Shown: positions 48,108 through 60,584 of the stretch, piece by piece
Position numbering within the stretch: position 1 is the stretch's first letter
Layout: each line of letters starts with the position of its first letter
Assembly (NCBI RefSeq): GCF_000711695.1
Contig: NW_013547018.1
Span: 62,001 to 126,000 of the forward strand
Reading direction: 5' to 3'
DNA: 64,000 nt
From: Tilletiaria anomala UBC 951
Lineage: Eukaryota
Position numbers and translations under genes: made by a program
The notes under the pieces: model-generated
The model's database searches: none
Seen by the model: the letters and a program-made list of their open reading frames with translations, nothing else
Told to the model about the DNA's origin: nothing

Positions 48108-51100
48108 TCACACCTTGACGCAGTTTGCGCCCGTCTCGGAATAATAGCAGCTGCTTGCATGTGGTGGGGCGGCAATGTCTTCTGTCGGCGTCTGTGTCTG
48201 CATCGGTTGCAGGACGTCGTTACTGCCTTGCTGCTGCTCCTGAACGCCGGCGCCGCCTGCAGCGGGACGGAAGGCAGCGTTGGAAGGCAGCGGCGGAGTC
48301 TTGAATGCAGACTCTTCGAGTTTTTTACGACGCATGAAAGACAGCATGCGCGGGAGCGTCGAGGACCTGCCTGCAGGCAAAGCTGCCTGTCCTTTGACAT
48401 CTTGCTGCTGCTGCAAAGAACGCTGGGCGCCCGCAGCCGCAGCTACGCTTGACGGGAGCGGGGGCAACGCGGGTCCGGGAGCTGGTTCCTCGGCAATGAA
48501 ACTGGCATTGAACTTTCGCCATGCAGCGGCGGGGACGCCGCCGATGGACAGCGAACGCCGCTTCGTCTTCTTGGCGCTGGCCGCCGCCGCTGAATTTATA
48601 CCGTTGCCGCCGCTGGCATTGTCGGGAGACAAGAGGCGGGGCTGCTGCTGCTGCGCCTGAGCATTTGCCAACGGCGACGATGATGGACCCTTGCCACGCG
48701 CAGCAGCGGCGCGCGCCTGGTTGATCGAGATGCTGGAGCGCTTGCTGGGGTACTTGCTCGCGTCATCGACCGTCGGCTCGAAGCTGACGAGGCGCGGCAC
48801 CACCACCGCCGCCAGTCGTTGCTCAGCCCGGCAGCTGGGGGTGCCGCCGCACTGCGCGCTCGAGCCCAGCTCGGGACTGGGCGCCATAAGCGCAATGGCG
48901 GGGGCCGCCGCTGCTCCTGTCGCGTCCACCGGACCCGCAGCGAGGGCGGTGTGAATGCTGACCTTGTCGCTGGTACCAATCTCGGCGGCAATATCCGACG
49001 CAACGGTTGTGGCGGCGCTGATGATACTGTGCCCGCCGGGCGTTGAGGGGCCAGAGTCAGGGGCATCGTCAGACGAAGGAAGCGAGATGGCCGTTGCGTC
49101 TGAGGCGCTGCGGACCATCTTACCCAGCGAAGATGGCGCACGTGGCCAGGGCGGGATTGTGATATCAAAGCTTGAGATTCCGCCAAGGCCGTCAAATTCG
49201 TCCAGTTCCTCCTCGTCCAGGAGGGCGCCATCGACGTCAATGTCGGCGTCGGCAGCAGCCTGCCGCTCGGCCCAGGCGGCGCCAAAGCGGCGGTGCAGCG
49301 CAAAGCGTGTTGCAGTGGCCTGCGGCAGGAGCTTGCGGACGAACGCGACGCGACGGGTGTGGTAGCGCTTGCTACGGTGAGGCTGCATGTGTATGATGAA
49401 TGATCAGTCAAAAGAGTAGCAAATCTTGCCACTGCCCGTTCGAGCGATTGAAAAGACTCACGTGCCAAAAGTCAAGCGCCATCAGCTCCAGCTCCTTCCT
49501 GCGCAGCTCTTCAAAGTGCCTGGCAAGCGTCTCTGGCTCAGCTTCCAATGACGACTGACCAAACAGCGCGGCGAGATACGCGCGCTTGTTCTCTAGCATG
49601 CGCTGCGACAGGAGCACGTTATTGTTCTCGGGACTACCTTGGTCCTGCGCCAGTGCCTGCGCCCGCGGCGCACGCAAGCGCGTCCACACCGCGCCGCAAC
49701 CGAGCACGCTGCTGCTGCCGTCGCGACGTGCAGCCTGGGCCTGCGCGACGCTGGCGCAGAGGACCATCCGAACGCGCTGCTTGACCTCCTCGACGAGCTG
49801 CAGTGGGCTTGACTGGCTGTGCGGCACAACATGGTCGACAAGCCCTGCGCTCACGCCCTGCTCAACGCTCATGGGCAACATCGTGCGCGCGTAGCTCGGC
49901 ACCGCGTGCACGCTGCCACTGCTGGTCTCGCTGCTGCGCTGCGCCCAGCTGAACGTATGGTACTCAGAGCCGTACAGTCCGAGGCCGCGGTAATGCGGCT
50001 GCGACGATGAGTAAAAGGAAGCGAGAAGAAGACAGTTAGGAGGGGCCGACAGTCCAGAGCAGCAGCTGCGCCAAGACTCACGTTGAGCACGACGTGTTCC
50101 GAGGCGAGCACAACGTCGCATGCATCCGCGAGCGCGAGCCCGCCGGCGGCGGCGTTGCCTCTGAGAGCAGCAAACGTCAGAACGCCGGCGCCGGCATATC
50201 CACGTCCCCGCGCATTCGCCAGCAGCAGTGGCTGCACGACATCGTCGATGGCGTTGATGTTGTCCCACGACTCCTGCGCCGCGTCGTCGACTGTGCCTTG
50301 GGCTGCTCCTCCTGCGCCCTCAATGACGTTGAGAGCAATGCCGTTGCTAAAGTAGGCGCTGCCGCCCATGAGCACGAGCGCCGCTAGGCGCGGCTGCGCA
50401 AGCACCCAGTCGAGCGCCGCGCGCAGGCGCAGACACTGTGTCGTTGATGTGGCGCCGTTGCTGGGGAGAGGGAAGGGGGTGAAGGCAGGCAGACAGTCAG
50501 CTTCCCAGTCTGCTCTGCGGCAACACCTGGGGTGCAAAAAAAAACGTTGCTGGTGACTTACTAGAAATCAAAGTAGACGTATGCGACCTGGCGCGCGTCG
50601 TCCACCGCCTCCATCTCGACCCAGATCTGCTGGTACGTCCCGTGGACCTTGCGCCACGGCGCATCGTCGCTGCGCCTGCCTGCGGCGGCATCATGACCAT
50701 TCTCCTCGATGCGCCAGTCGACTGCGTCTAGCAGCGCCTGTGTTACCTTGTCGTTGCCAGCGCCACCACTGCTGGCGGCGAGATCTGCGAGACTGCGCGT
50801 GGCAGGCAGCTTGGGGTGCAGATACCGGTCCGCCTTGGCCTTGGGTCGGCGCAACTGGGAGAACCAGATGGGATAATCGGCGCCGCACTCGACGAGCACA
50901 GCCTCATCACGAATCGCAAGCACCGTGCCGATGGGTGCCGAGACCGTGCCTGCAGCAGCTGCTGCCGCTGCGGCAACAGCGGCGACGTCGGCGCGCAGTG
51001 GCGCGGTCTGGACATGGGCGTCGTACAGAAAGAGTGGCGTGCCAAACAGCAGCGCGGACAGCACGCCGGGCTGTGAGTCGGCGCTGTTGACGCGCTGCAC

Positions 51101-51990
51101 GATCGCCTCTGCACTCATGCGTGTGCTGCCAGCGCCGATGATGAGCGGGACAAAATCACGCGCGCTCGCCTTGAGCAGCGGACGGTCGCGCGTCGTGCCA
51201 CCCTGGAAGGGGAGGCGGCGCGAGGCGCACTGGCTGCGCGCCTCGGCGGGCGCGACGAGATCGACGGGGAACGGGAGCGTGCGCGCAGGCGCGTGCGCGG
51301 CAGCGATGCGCTCGAGCGCGACAAGGGTCGCGGCGATCGCCGCAGACGTAATCGGGCCGCGGTACAGCTCCGACTTGGACATGCGCGCCGTCTCATCATC
51401 GAGCGCGAACTGGTCAAATCCCCCTGTTTTGCGCGCGGGAAGACGCACGTCAGCGGGCAGAGCATACACCCGCACCTCATGGTCGGAAATGGACTTACAA
51501 ATGGGACCAGCATCGAACGCCTCGATGGCCTGCAGACATGTGACACCCCAGTGGCTGCGCATGCACCTCTTTACGCCAGGTTTGGCGTGGCGCAGGGCGA
51601 GGACGGCAAGCTGTTCGTCGAGGTGGGCGAGCTCGCCTGTGTCGCCAAAGAGGGCGAGGTCAATGGCCGACGGGCCGGCATCGCCTGGGGGGCCTGGGTG
51701 TAGGATGAGTGTCAAGGTGCTGTTGTAAACTTGGGGGGGCACGCGCTTGGTGAGAAAGGGGCATAGGATCAGGTCGGGGGCGGCGAGGGCGACCGCGTCG
51801 ATCATCCGCGCAGCGTCAAGCGCGAGCTCGACAGTGACGGCATGGCCGCGCTGTCGCAGGACGAGAGCGAGACGCTGCAAGAGGCAAGAAAAGCGTCAGC
51901 TCAGCGGGTAGGGGACATCCCAAGCTCGACGGGCGATACACGCACCTGGGAGAGCGAATTGAACGCCGTGCAGAGAAAGAGGATCTTCAT
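48108..51990 (-). CDS. HypX/HoxX-like protein: N10-formyl-THF formyltransferase domain + enoyl-CoA hydratase/crotonase-fold domain + long low-complexity tail (~1157 aa spliced)
   Basis: Exons 51990-51946, 51874-51499, 51423-50562, 50460-50082, 49998-49462, 49382-48108 splice in frame: MKILFLCTAFNSLSQRL, CPFLTKRVP, HPGPPGDAGPSAID, FDAGPIW, SADSQPGV, FDFYNGATSTTQC, FSNGIALNVIE, SWDNINAIDD, GNAAAGGLALA, NPHYRGLGLYGSEYHT, YHTRRVAFVRK. Confidence 0.9.
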
Positions 51991-52422
51991 GGCGCAGGGT
52001 TAAGCGGGAACAGCGAAGGCTTTGCCGGCGGCCATGGGCGTTGCGCACGCGGGGGATGAGGGCACCAGGAAGGAGACGACTAGCACAGACTGCAGCTAGG
52101 GCAGATTGGGGGGGGGGTGCGATGTACACGTCTCTCGCGGCCAATACACCACACGTGCAGATATCATATATATATGTGCGGGTATGAGCGTATGTATATA
52201 TATTGGTCAGCGCGGGCGTGTGTGGCACGACGGTGCTGGCTGGGAGAGAAGCTCTGCAGGCGGGCGAGCAGGCCAAGAAGGAAGGAGGCGGTGTGCAGTT
52301 GCGCCACCCGTCACATGACAGCACGGCATTAAACGTTTCCTTTGTTGAGCTGGGCTGGGGCGCACACAGCCGACAAGGTAAGGCCGCGCAGGCACGCCAC
52401 CCGTCCCAAAAAGGAAGAAGAA

Positions 52423-52443
52423 GAAGAAAAGGAAGAAGAAGAA
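52423..52443 (+). repeat. Imperfect (GAA)n microsatellite
   Basis: gaagaagaagaagaaaaggaagaagaagaa run around this position; (TA)n at ~52165-52203 and (CATA)n at ~53030-53049 are nearby. Confidence 0.8.
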
Positions 52444-53069
52444 GCAGGCAGAGGCACAGTGGATATCGGCGAGTCTTTGTTTGCGAACGAGGGAAGAAGC
52501 TGGCATGCACGGGCATTGTCCAAGCAGAAAGCGCGCGCACATAACTCTTGCCTCTCCTTGCTTGCCACGGAGGGCCAGCCTGGAAAGGGCAAGTCCTGTT
52601 GGGCGCACGGCGGATGGATCCGACGAAAGCATGTATGTATGCATGGGTAGATTGGCTTTTTATTTATTACATTGGGTTTGAGGACGAGATGAGGTGTTTT
52701 GCAGCTGCAGCCAATAACAGTGTCTAGCTGGGTAGTTGGGGCGCAATCCAGTCACCAACCATCCGCCCGCGCATGTGTCGTGCGCGTGTTGGGCAGTCCA
52801 CCACTCCTCCCCACTCCCACACGATCGCAGGAGCGTTCCTGCATATCCCTGATCTCTCACACACACGCCCGAAAGGCGCCGAGCGGGACCCTTCTCCCCA
52901 GCAGACAAGGCAAAAAGATGGCCCCTCCTTTTCTTCGAACGCTCCGACACTCGGCCGACAGGGAAGCTGGTGGAGGTGAACCGGCCAGGCATGAGTATTG
53001 TCTCGCGTGTGCACGGTAGAGTAACATGCACACATACATACATACATACTGCAACGCCACCACATCCAT

Positions 53070-56000
53070 TCACCACGACCAGTTCATCTCCTCGATCAGC
53101 TTGTCGATCAACTTGGCCGCGCCAAGATTGCCTTGCTCGCTCGCCACGCTCTCGCGGATGCTCCGCAACCACTCGTCCAGTTCCATCTGGAATTGTCGGC
53201 TGGCCTCCAGCGCATCCGCACTCGGATCCGCACCTACAGGCCGCTGCCCCGCCCCTTTATCTGGCGGTGGTGGCGGCGCCTGCGACTGCGACTGCTGATC
53301 CGCAAGAGAGTCTGACGCCAGTGCACCACCGAGGAAAGCAGCTGGCACGTCGTCCTCGGCGCCGAGCGCGCCAAACGGGACCTGCAATGTCCACTTCTGC
53401 GTCGGCGGCGCCTGACCCTGCGCGTGCGCGCGCTGCTGCTCGTGCCTGAACGCCGCGCGTTTGCACTTCTCTTCGTGCTGCAGCGCGCGCATCGCACTGA
53501 TCGCCGCCGGCAGGAACTTGTTCAGCTTCTCCATAGACTGTCATGTGCGCGTGCGTGCGTGCGACGCATCAGCTCTCTTCTCTCTCTCTAGCTCTCTCAC
53601 TGTAGATGTTCTTGTGCGCCGAGGATGGCGGCACTCTGCACGGCAACTCACCGTGTGAGGCTCCAGCAAGCGGATACCGAGCTCGACGTCCGCCTGCCTG
53701 CGTATGATCTCCTGGTCCTCCACCTGCGCGATCCGGTGCAGCAGGTCGATCTGCAGCGTGCTGATCGCGTCGAACAGCATCATCCGGAAGCTCCACATGC
53801 GGTGTATGGGGCTGCTCGCCTGCACCAGCTCCGAGTAACAGCTCAGTAGCACCTCGGCGCTCTCCAGGCACACCTCCCGACTGTGCTTGTACACCCCATT
53901 CCGGTACCCCCGTGGCATGTACAAACGGTGCAACTTGAGCAGCCGGTGGTGCACGTACAGGTAGATCAGCACCCGCTGGATCACCCGGAACGGCTTCTCA
54001 GTGTGTGCAGCCTGCACCGCCGCAGCATCTGGCCGCGGACCGAGAGCATCATCGATGTCAGCTGCCGTGTTCCTTCCCTCACGAGCTCAATCCCTCGCAC
54101 CGTGCCCCGCTCACCATATGTTGCGGCATTGTGCTCGCTGGGGAATTGGTAGTAGTACGGCAGGGAAGTCAAGATCGAGCGGTGACTTTGCTCGATCTGC
54201 AGCGAGTCCTCGTACTCATTGACACCGCTATTCATCGCGTCCGCTGTGCACCTCGTCGCGCGCGCAATCTCCGTGAGGATTGCGACGAACGATTTTTCCG
54301 GCGACGCGATCGCCAACGGGTCGCTCGTGCGACTGATGTCGGCCAGCTCGGCATTGAGTGGAAATCCGGTGGTGAACCTGCCATTCCGAGTAGCGTGCGC
54401 GTCGGCATCAGCATCAGCACTCGCAGCCTCTCTCGTGCGCGCAGCACGCTGTTGTATCTAAGCGCGCATCAAAGGAACACTCACGTTGCTTCCCGCGCAT
54501 GGTAGATGCCATCGTGCAGTGTGGCAGTCTGCCAGTCCACAAAGACGAGCGCCCACCAGACCCTTCTGCCGAGCTCTCGCATCTCATGGTCGCCATCGTA
54601 CCACCTGGAGACGTTCATCTCCTCCCACTTCTCCTTGTGCTCTCCCTTGGGCAGGAACCAGCCGTGCAGATCGGTACGATTCATCGTTCCGACAATCAGC
54701 GCATGGCTTCCCCTTTCCGAATCAGTAGCATGTGCTTCTTCCCCTGTTCCTGCTGCTGCCGCATGGCCAGCACTTCCACCACTTCCACCGTCTGCCGTTT
54801 TGGGGGGAGCATGCTTGGCATTGTTGTGCCAGCCAGCCTGGGACGACGCCGGTGGGGAGAATGGGCTTCCGGTGTGGAGCCTGCGCTTTGCCCAGCGCTC
54901 TGCGTCGGCGTGTGCGCTCTGAAGGCGGTGGAGGCCCAGGCCTTCAGCAATGCGGATGATCATCGTGTGCAGGACGGTGTACTCTGCGCGGCGCTGGCGG
55001 CCAAAGTAGTAGTAGCGCAGCATCGAGATGGCCTGAATGCCCTCGAGCGTCGGCTGCGCGAGCATATCGCTCATGCTTAGCAGCGTGACGCAGTTCCGGT
55101 GGTACATGCTCATGCGCACGGGGATGTCCTTGGTGCTCGTGGCGATCCCATGCTCGATGATGTCCGCGTCGGCCATGAACTCAGCCGAGGATTCGAGCAC
55201 AGCAAAGACCAGAGCGAGGAATGCGTAATCTGACTTGCTGAACGCCTGCCCGATGTTGGGCAGCGAAGATGCGGATGAGCGTTGCCTCAGATGTTGCTGA
55301 TGTGCCTGTGCTTGCTCCTGCTGTGGCTGCTGGCCGCTGCCTCTGCTCCTGTCGCTCGGGTGAGCATCCTGCGCCAACGCTGGGGAAATCTGCGTGCTCC
55401 CCCCCGCAGCGCCGGGCTTCGGTGCGGATGTGCCATGCGGCGCGACCGCCGACACATAGCCCGAGATGCTGGACCTGGGGCTGGCGACGCCGGAGCCAGC
55501 GGCGGCAGCGGAGGGGCTTGCACCGCCAGCTGCGTTAGGTTTGCCCGCGTCAGCAGTCGTCTCAGCGTTCGTGGCGGGCTTCTGGGCGCTGCTTTGGGAC
55601 TTGATGAAAGTCTGATAGCGGCGCCAGAGATCTTCGATGCGAGTGCACATGCTCGGCCTGCTCGGCAGCAAGCTCCACACTGAGCGCGAAAGAGCGAAAA
55701 GGGAGGCAAAAAGACGCATGAGCTGGCTACGTGTGCAAGGTAGCCTCAGAAGCGTGAGACCTCACCTGGCTCCAGCTCGTCATAGTACCAGTTGACGATG
55801 GTGATGATGTTCGACTCGCTTGGCAGAGTAGCGAGCATGTCTTCGAGTGGCGACAGACCGACGGGGTTGAAGTTGAGGACAAAGTTCGTGGCGGCGCTCA
55901 TCGTGAGGCCATTGCTGGCCGAGTGCATGCGCTCTCGGTCCTGGTAGTGGCTCCGCGCGACCTCGGCGTCGATACGAAGGCGCTGCTCCATCGCGTCCAT

Positions 56001-57464
56001 GCTGGAAGGGGCGCAGGAGCGGCTGTTGTTGGACACCGAGACGGACAGGTTCTCTTCCGCCAGCGTATCAGCTGCCGAGCGCGACGCAAGCACGTGCTCG
56101 TACGCCGCCTGCCTCTCCTCTTTCTCGCGGTTTGACTGGTCCAGCTCCTCCTCGAGGCTCGCGATGCGTTCCATGAGCCGAACCACGCGGAGAACGTCCG
56201 GCGCACTCATCATGCGTCTTCGAAGCGTACAGTGAACAAAGGAACGATCAGCAACGCACCCGCCCACCACGCCCCGCCCGTCGCGCCAAGACTGCTCTGC
56301 TTGCTCACTCATAGTCGTCCCTTGCGTCACCGAGGAGACACGTCTGTGGCGGAATGCCGCGGCGCACGCAGCTGCCGCAGATGGGCCTCGCGCGATCGCA
56401 CTTGATCTTACGGCTCTGCAGAGGAAGAGGGGATGCGAAAATCACATGTCAGTACGCGGCCTGTGCTCCGCACGCTTGCCCCCCCCCTCCCGCGATCTCT
56501 GAGCGACACTCACTTTGCACTGCGTGCAGCTCATGTTCGCCCTCCTGCGTCTCTTCTGCGGCCGGTCATGCTCGCCGTCCGGATAGATAGAGCCGGTAGC
56601 GACCTTCTTACTCGCCAGTAGCAAGCTGCCGCCGGGCACATCGTGATGCAGCGCCTTCTGGCCAAAGCTGGCAAAGGATGAGCTTCGCTGCCTTCCTTCC
56701 GCCGCGTTGTCGGCGCGTTCCTGCATCGCTCCTTGCACCTGCGCGTCCGCTTCGCCCTTGCCACCCTCATTTGCCGAGTACTTGTCGTCATCGTCGTTAT
56801 CGTCGTCATCCTCATCACCCTCCTCGATCTCTCCTCCCAGACCTGCATTTCTGAACTGTTGTTCCACTTCGGGAATCATCGTGATCGGCTGTCCTGCCGA
56901 GAATGGCGGCAAAGTAGACGGAAGCGCCTGCGCCTGTGGGTGATGGGCAGCGTGCGACGGACGTATTTGCTGGTGCGCGTGTGGTGCCGCGAAGAGGTCC
57001 ATGTGAAGTGGGAGGTGCGAGTCAGAGTACTGTCTAGTGTGCGATATAGGATTCGGCGGATGGGCATGAGCATGCGTATGCGCAGGAGGATGGGGATGAG
57101 GAGGGGGGAGGCGCATCGGACGGAAAGTGGTGCTCGGGGACGATGATGCTGCCGAGAGTCCGAACTGGTACGGAGCGTTCGGCGGCGGCGCGCCGAGCGA
57201 AGGGGGTGGCAGTGGTGCGGCATGCGGTGCGGCTTCAAAAGATGGGATCATGTAGGACGCCTGCTGCGGCTGCTCACGATGGTCGTACGAGGAGGAGTCG
57301 GCAGCAGCAGCTGCTGCTGCAGATGCGGTGTTTTCGAGCGGCGCAATGCCCGAAGCAGTGCGCATGCGGCTGGGTAGTTGTGCGTGCGAGCCCTTGCGCT
57401 GGTGCGATTGCTGTTGCGCCCTCGCTGGACGGGTGCCAATGGCCGCATATGTCGCATATGACAT
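53070..57464 (-). CDS. Zn(II)2Cys6 fungal transcription factor with fungal-specific TF middle domain
   Basis: KRRRRANMSCTQCK/SRKIKCDRARPICGSCVRRGIPPQTC (split by an intron), coiled coil, PTLEGIQAISML, AEGLGLHRL, RELGRRVWWALVFVDW, LLKLHRLY; about 7 introns; exact termini uncertain. Confidence 0.9.
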
Positions 57465-60400
57465 GGTGCCTGGTGGACGCTTTTGAGGACGCTGGCTTTG
57501 CGGCAGAGACTATGAGAGGCTTGGCCCCTCGACGCACCAGATGGAGCGGCAACCAACTGGTGCTTGCTTTCGATTCGGATGATGGCCGTTGGCGTCTTCA
57601 GACTCTTGACGGGTGTGACCGCGTGGGTGGTCGGCGGATTGATGGGAAGCGGCTTGGCTGCTGTGTCCTGCGCTGAGCCGAGCGTTTCGTAGTAGCTATA
57701 TGATCTCTTGAAGTTTCGTGAGAAGCGGAGATAATGAGGCAGTCCTAGGAAAGGACACTGCCCGACGTCGATACTTGGACCTGCCAGCGTGTCGCGATGG
57801 GAGAGTGTGCGGCGGTGTATTGCGTTGACTGTGATGATCGCTCTTAGAGTTACACCTCGGCATGCAGGCAACGCTGTCGCTCTCTCCGGGAGGAGGGTGA
57901 GTGTTCGAGTGATATATAATCAAGTCGGCGATGAGCGGGTATTGACGAGCTTGCGACTGGAGGCAACAATCGCCAGAGAATACTTTTTGAGACGGGGCTG
58001 ACTGAGCGTTGATCTTTTTCTCACGTGCGTGCCAGGATGGTGATCATCCCCAATTTGTCCAGGCCAAGCCGGCCGTCGCAGAATATCGGCCGGATGTCCG
58101 GATGTGCAGACATGGACAACGCTGCAGTGAAGCACTGTTCCTCTTTCCTCTCCCGTCTCCACATCACATGCAACCTCGAGATATAGGGATATGAGATGCA
58201 GATTGCATGCACACACATATGCACAGGCCAGGCCGCAGATTGCAGGGTGGGGTGTGAAACGAAATCCACACGTTCAAAGTGTCTCTATGCTGCTGGACTA
58301 CTGCTACTGTGCGCGCGCTACCTGGGTACCTCGGATGAACTGGAATATTGCTACTAGCTGCGGCTGGGCCCGTGCCCCCCCCCCGCCCGAGTCCCGGCAG
58401 GCCAAAGGAGTGGCGCGGAGAAGCGCGGAACATGGACTCTCGTCTATGCGGATAGTTCACCCACCACCAGCCGGCAGCCAGGCACAACCCTCCCGTCGCC
58501 TCAGTCCCCTCGGAGCTAAGTAGCACCAGAATCCAGAATGCGCTAAACATATTCAAAGAAACCACCATCTCGTAATCTCTTGCGCCCGAGCCCTGATAGC
58601 TGAAGACAGAGCCGAAAACAGATGAGAACGTAGTGCGTGGTGGCTGCGTAACAGACAAGAGCCTCTCTTCTCGAGACTTATTCGACTTGATCTCCGCCAG
58701 ACCCGCTCTACCGTCTCCACATCGACCCGCCAGCTGCAACGTCTCGAGCGAAGTTCCGACTCTCCACGATTCGAGACCCGTCGACCTTTGACGGGTTTGT
58801 CTCACAAGGATGCTGTCTGGTATGCATGTGCAGGCGCTTCATGATTTCCGCTGATGAGACAATAGTCGAGCCTCGTCCTCGTCTTCGTCGTCACGTCGTC
58901 ATCCGATGGAATGTTCGCGTTTCATGCAGCTTACTGACTGCAGTCTCAGAACCAAGTGGGCTTTCAAAAAGCCACCTGATCCACATGCGCCGCAGCGTTC
59001 TTGGCCGCACTGGAGTTTGACTCCGACTGACGACTGTCAATTGCTGACCCACACACCCCGCATCACCACAGGCGCACAACAGGCGCTGTGGTGATACGGT
59101 ACATATATAATTTCGAAGATGCATCATTGGAGAGAGGGCATGATATATCGACCAATGCGAACAACAGGAGGCATCCTCAAAGATTGAAAGGTGTCCACAT
59201 ATGCACACATATCTGTGGCCACGACCCAGGGACCAGTTGTAGCCAATACAGAATACAGCTGTTCCACGTCCACATTCCACTCTTCGAAGAGGTTTCGAGG
59301 AATTTCCCTAACAGATGAATGTCGTTTCTATCCGCGATTCTATTCTGGTGCTCTTTTGCACTTGTGTGCATCTGCATATACCGAATGTGGAGCATGTGGT
59401 GACTGAAATGTAAGTGATCAAACCAATCAAAGTCCATGCCATCTCGATCATCTACCTCCACACGGCTGTAAATTGTGTGATATTGCCATCCTCGCATGAC
59501 CACGTCAGGCTGCCATAATGCTGCCAATTACACTTTTGCAGACCATCTTTCAGATTTCCAATTTCCCACGGAGACGCGCGATGAGTTCGACAATGCTGTA
59601 CGCCTGTTCCTCTCCTTTGCATGGACCTTGTCGACGCTCCACGGTCCATACATATAGATCCAAGATCCATTCCCCGAGAGTCGAGTGGTTCAGACGTAAA
59701 AGCGCCAACACTGAACACGATCTCATGCCGCTCACACGAGTGTTGCATACACAGTGGATAGCGGCACGTGGTACTTTCCGCCGGCCCACACACATGGTAG
59801 CTAACGTACAACAAAAACATCATCTAGCCCTCGCTGCCGAGTCCATCGTAAGTCGCTCTGGCGGTTTTGATTCGCTTCAATGAGGTTTCACGTGGATTCA
59901 CTTTCAGCATTTCGTTGACCAATTCGCGCCTATGTACATCCGTCAATAAGCCGCCGGCTCGGAACCTGTCAGACTTCATCGGTGTTACACTTCCCCATCT
60001 ATCTCGCATCGGAGGGAATCGGCGCCCAGACCTTAATCAATGGCGGGGGTGACGGTGACAGTGACAGGCGTCTGATGAAGCGGAGAAAGCAAGGCACGTC
60101 GATTTCTGCCTCGCTGACACCAGTTAATCGATCAACGAGCGCTGTAAGATTACTTCCAGTTGAGCGTTCAACGTCGAGAGATGAGTTTGGATGATGCAAC
60201 GAGGCAATGTATGCTCTCCTCACATTAAAACTCTATGGATTGTGATCAGAAATTCGGACGGCGATGCAATTCATCTTGGGGCCCAATTCCTCCTCGCGAA
60301 AGTGAGATCAACCCTACTTTAAGGTTACAAGGGCCGGGTGGGCAACGACAGGTGGACCGTGGCCCGCCACGAATGGTGACTGTTCTGGTGAGGAGACCCC

Positions 60401-60584
60401 GTGACAAGTGCGAAGTTCACGCCCAAACTCAAGAGTGCACAAAGACTCAGTCCAACTCCTCATGGTCCATGGTCAGGCCCGCATACGTGGGCTCAGAACA
60501 TCACCGCGCTGGACAGCTGCTGCACGCCAACGGACGGCTTCGAACCAGCCACAGCAAGAGGCTCGCGTCGTCACTCGCACAGCC

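Noticed and set aside
48108..51990. Bacterial contamination or a hydrogenase operon
   Set aside because: The gene has five spliceosomal introns, sits among fungal genes, and no other hyp/hydrogenase genes are present.
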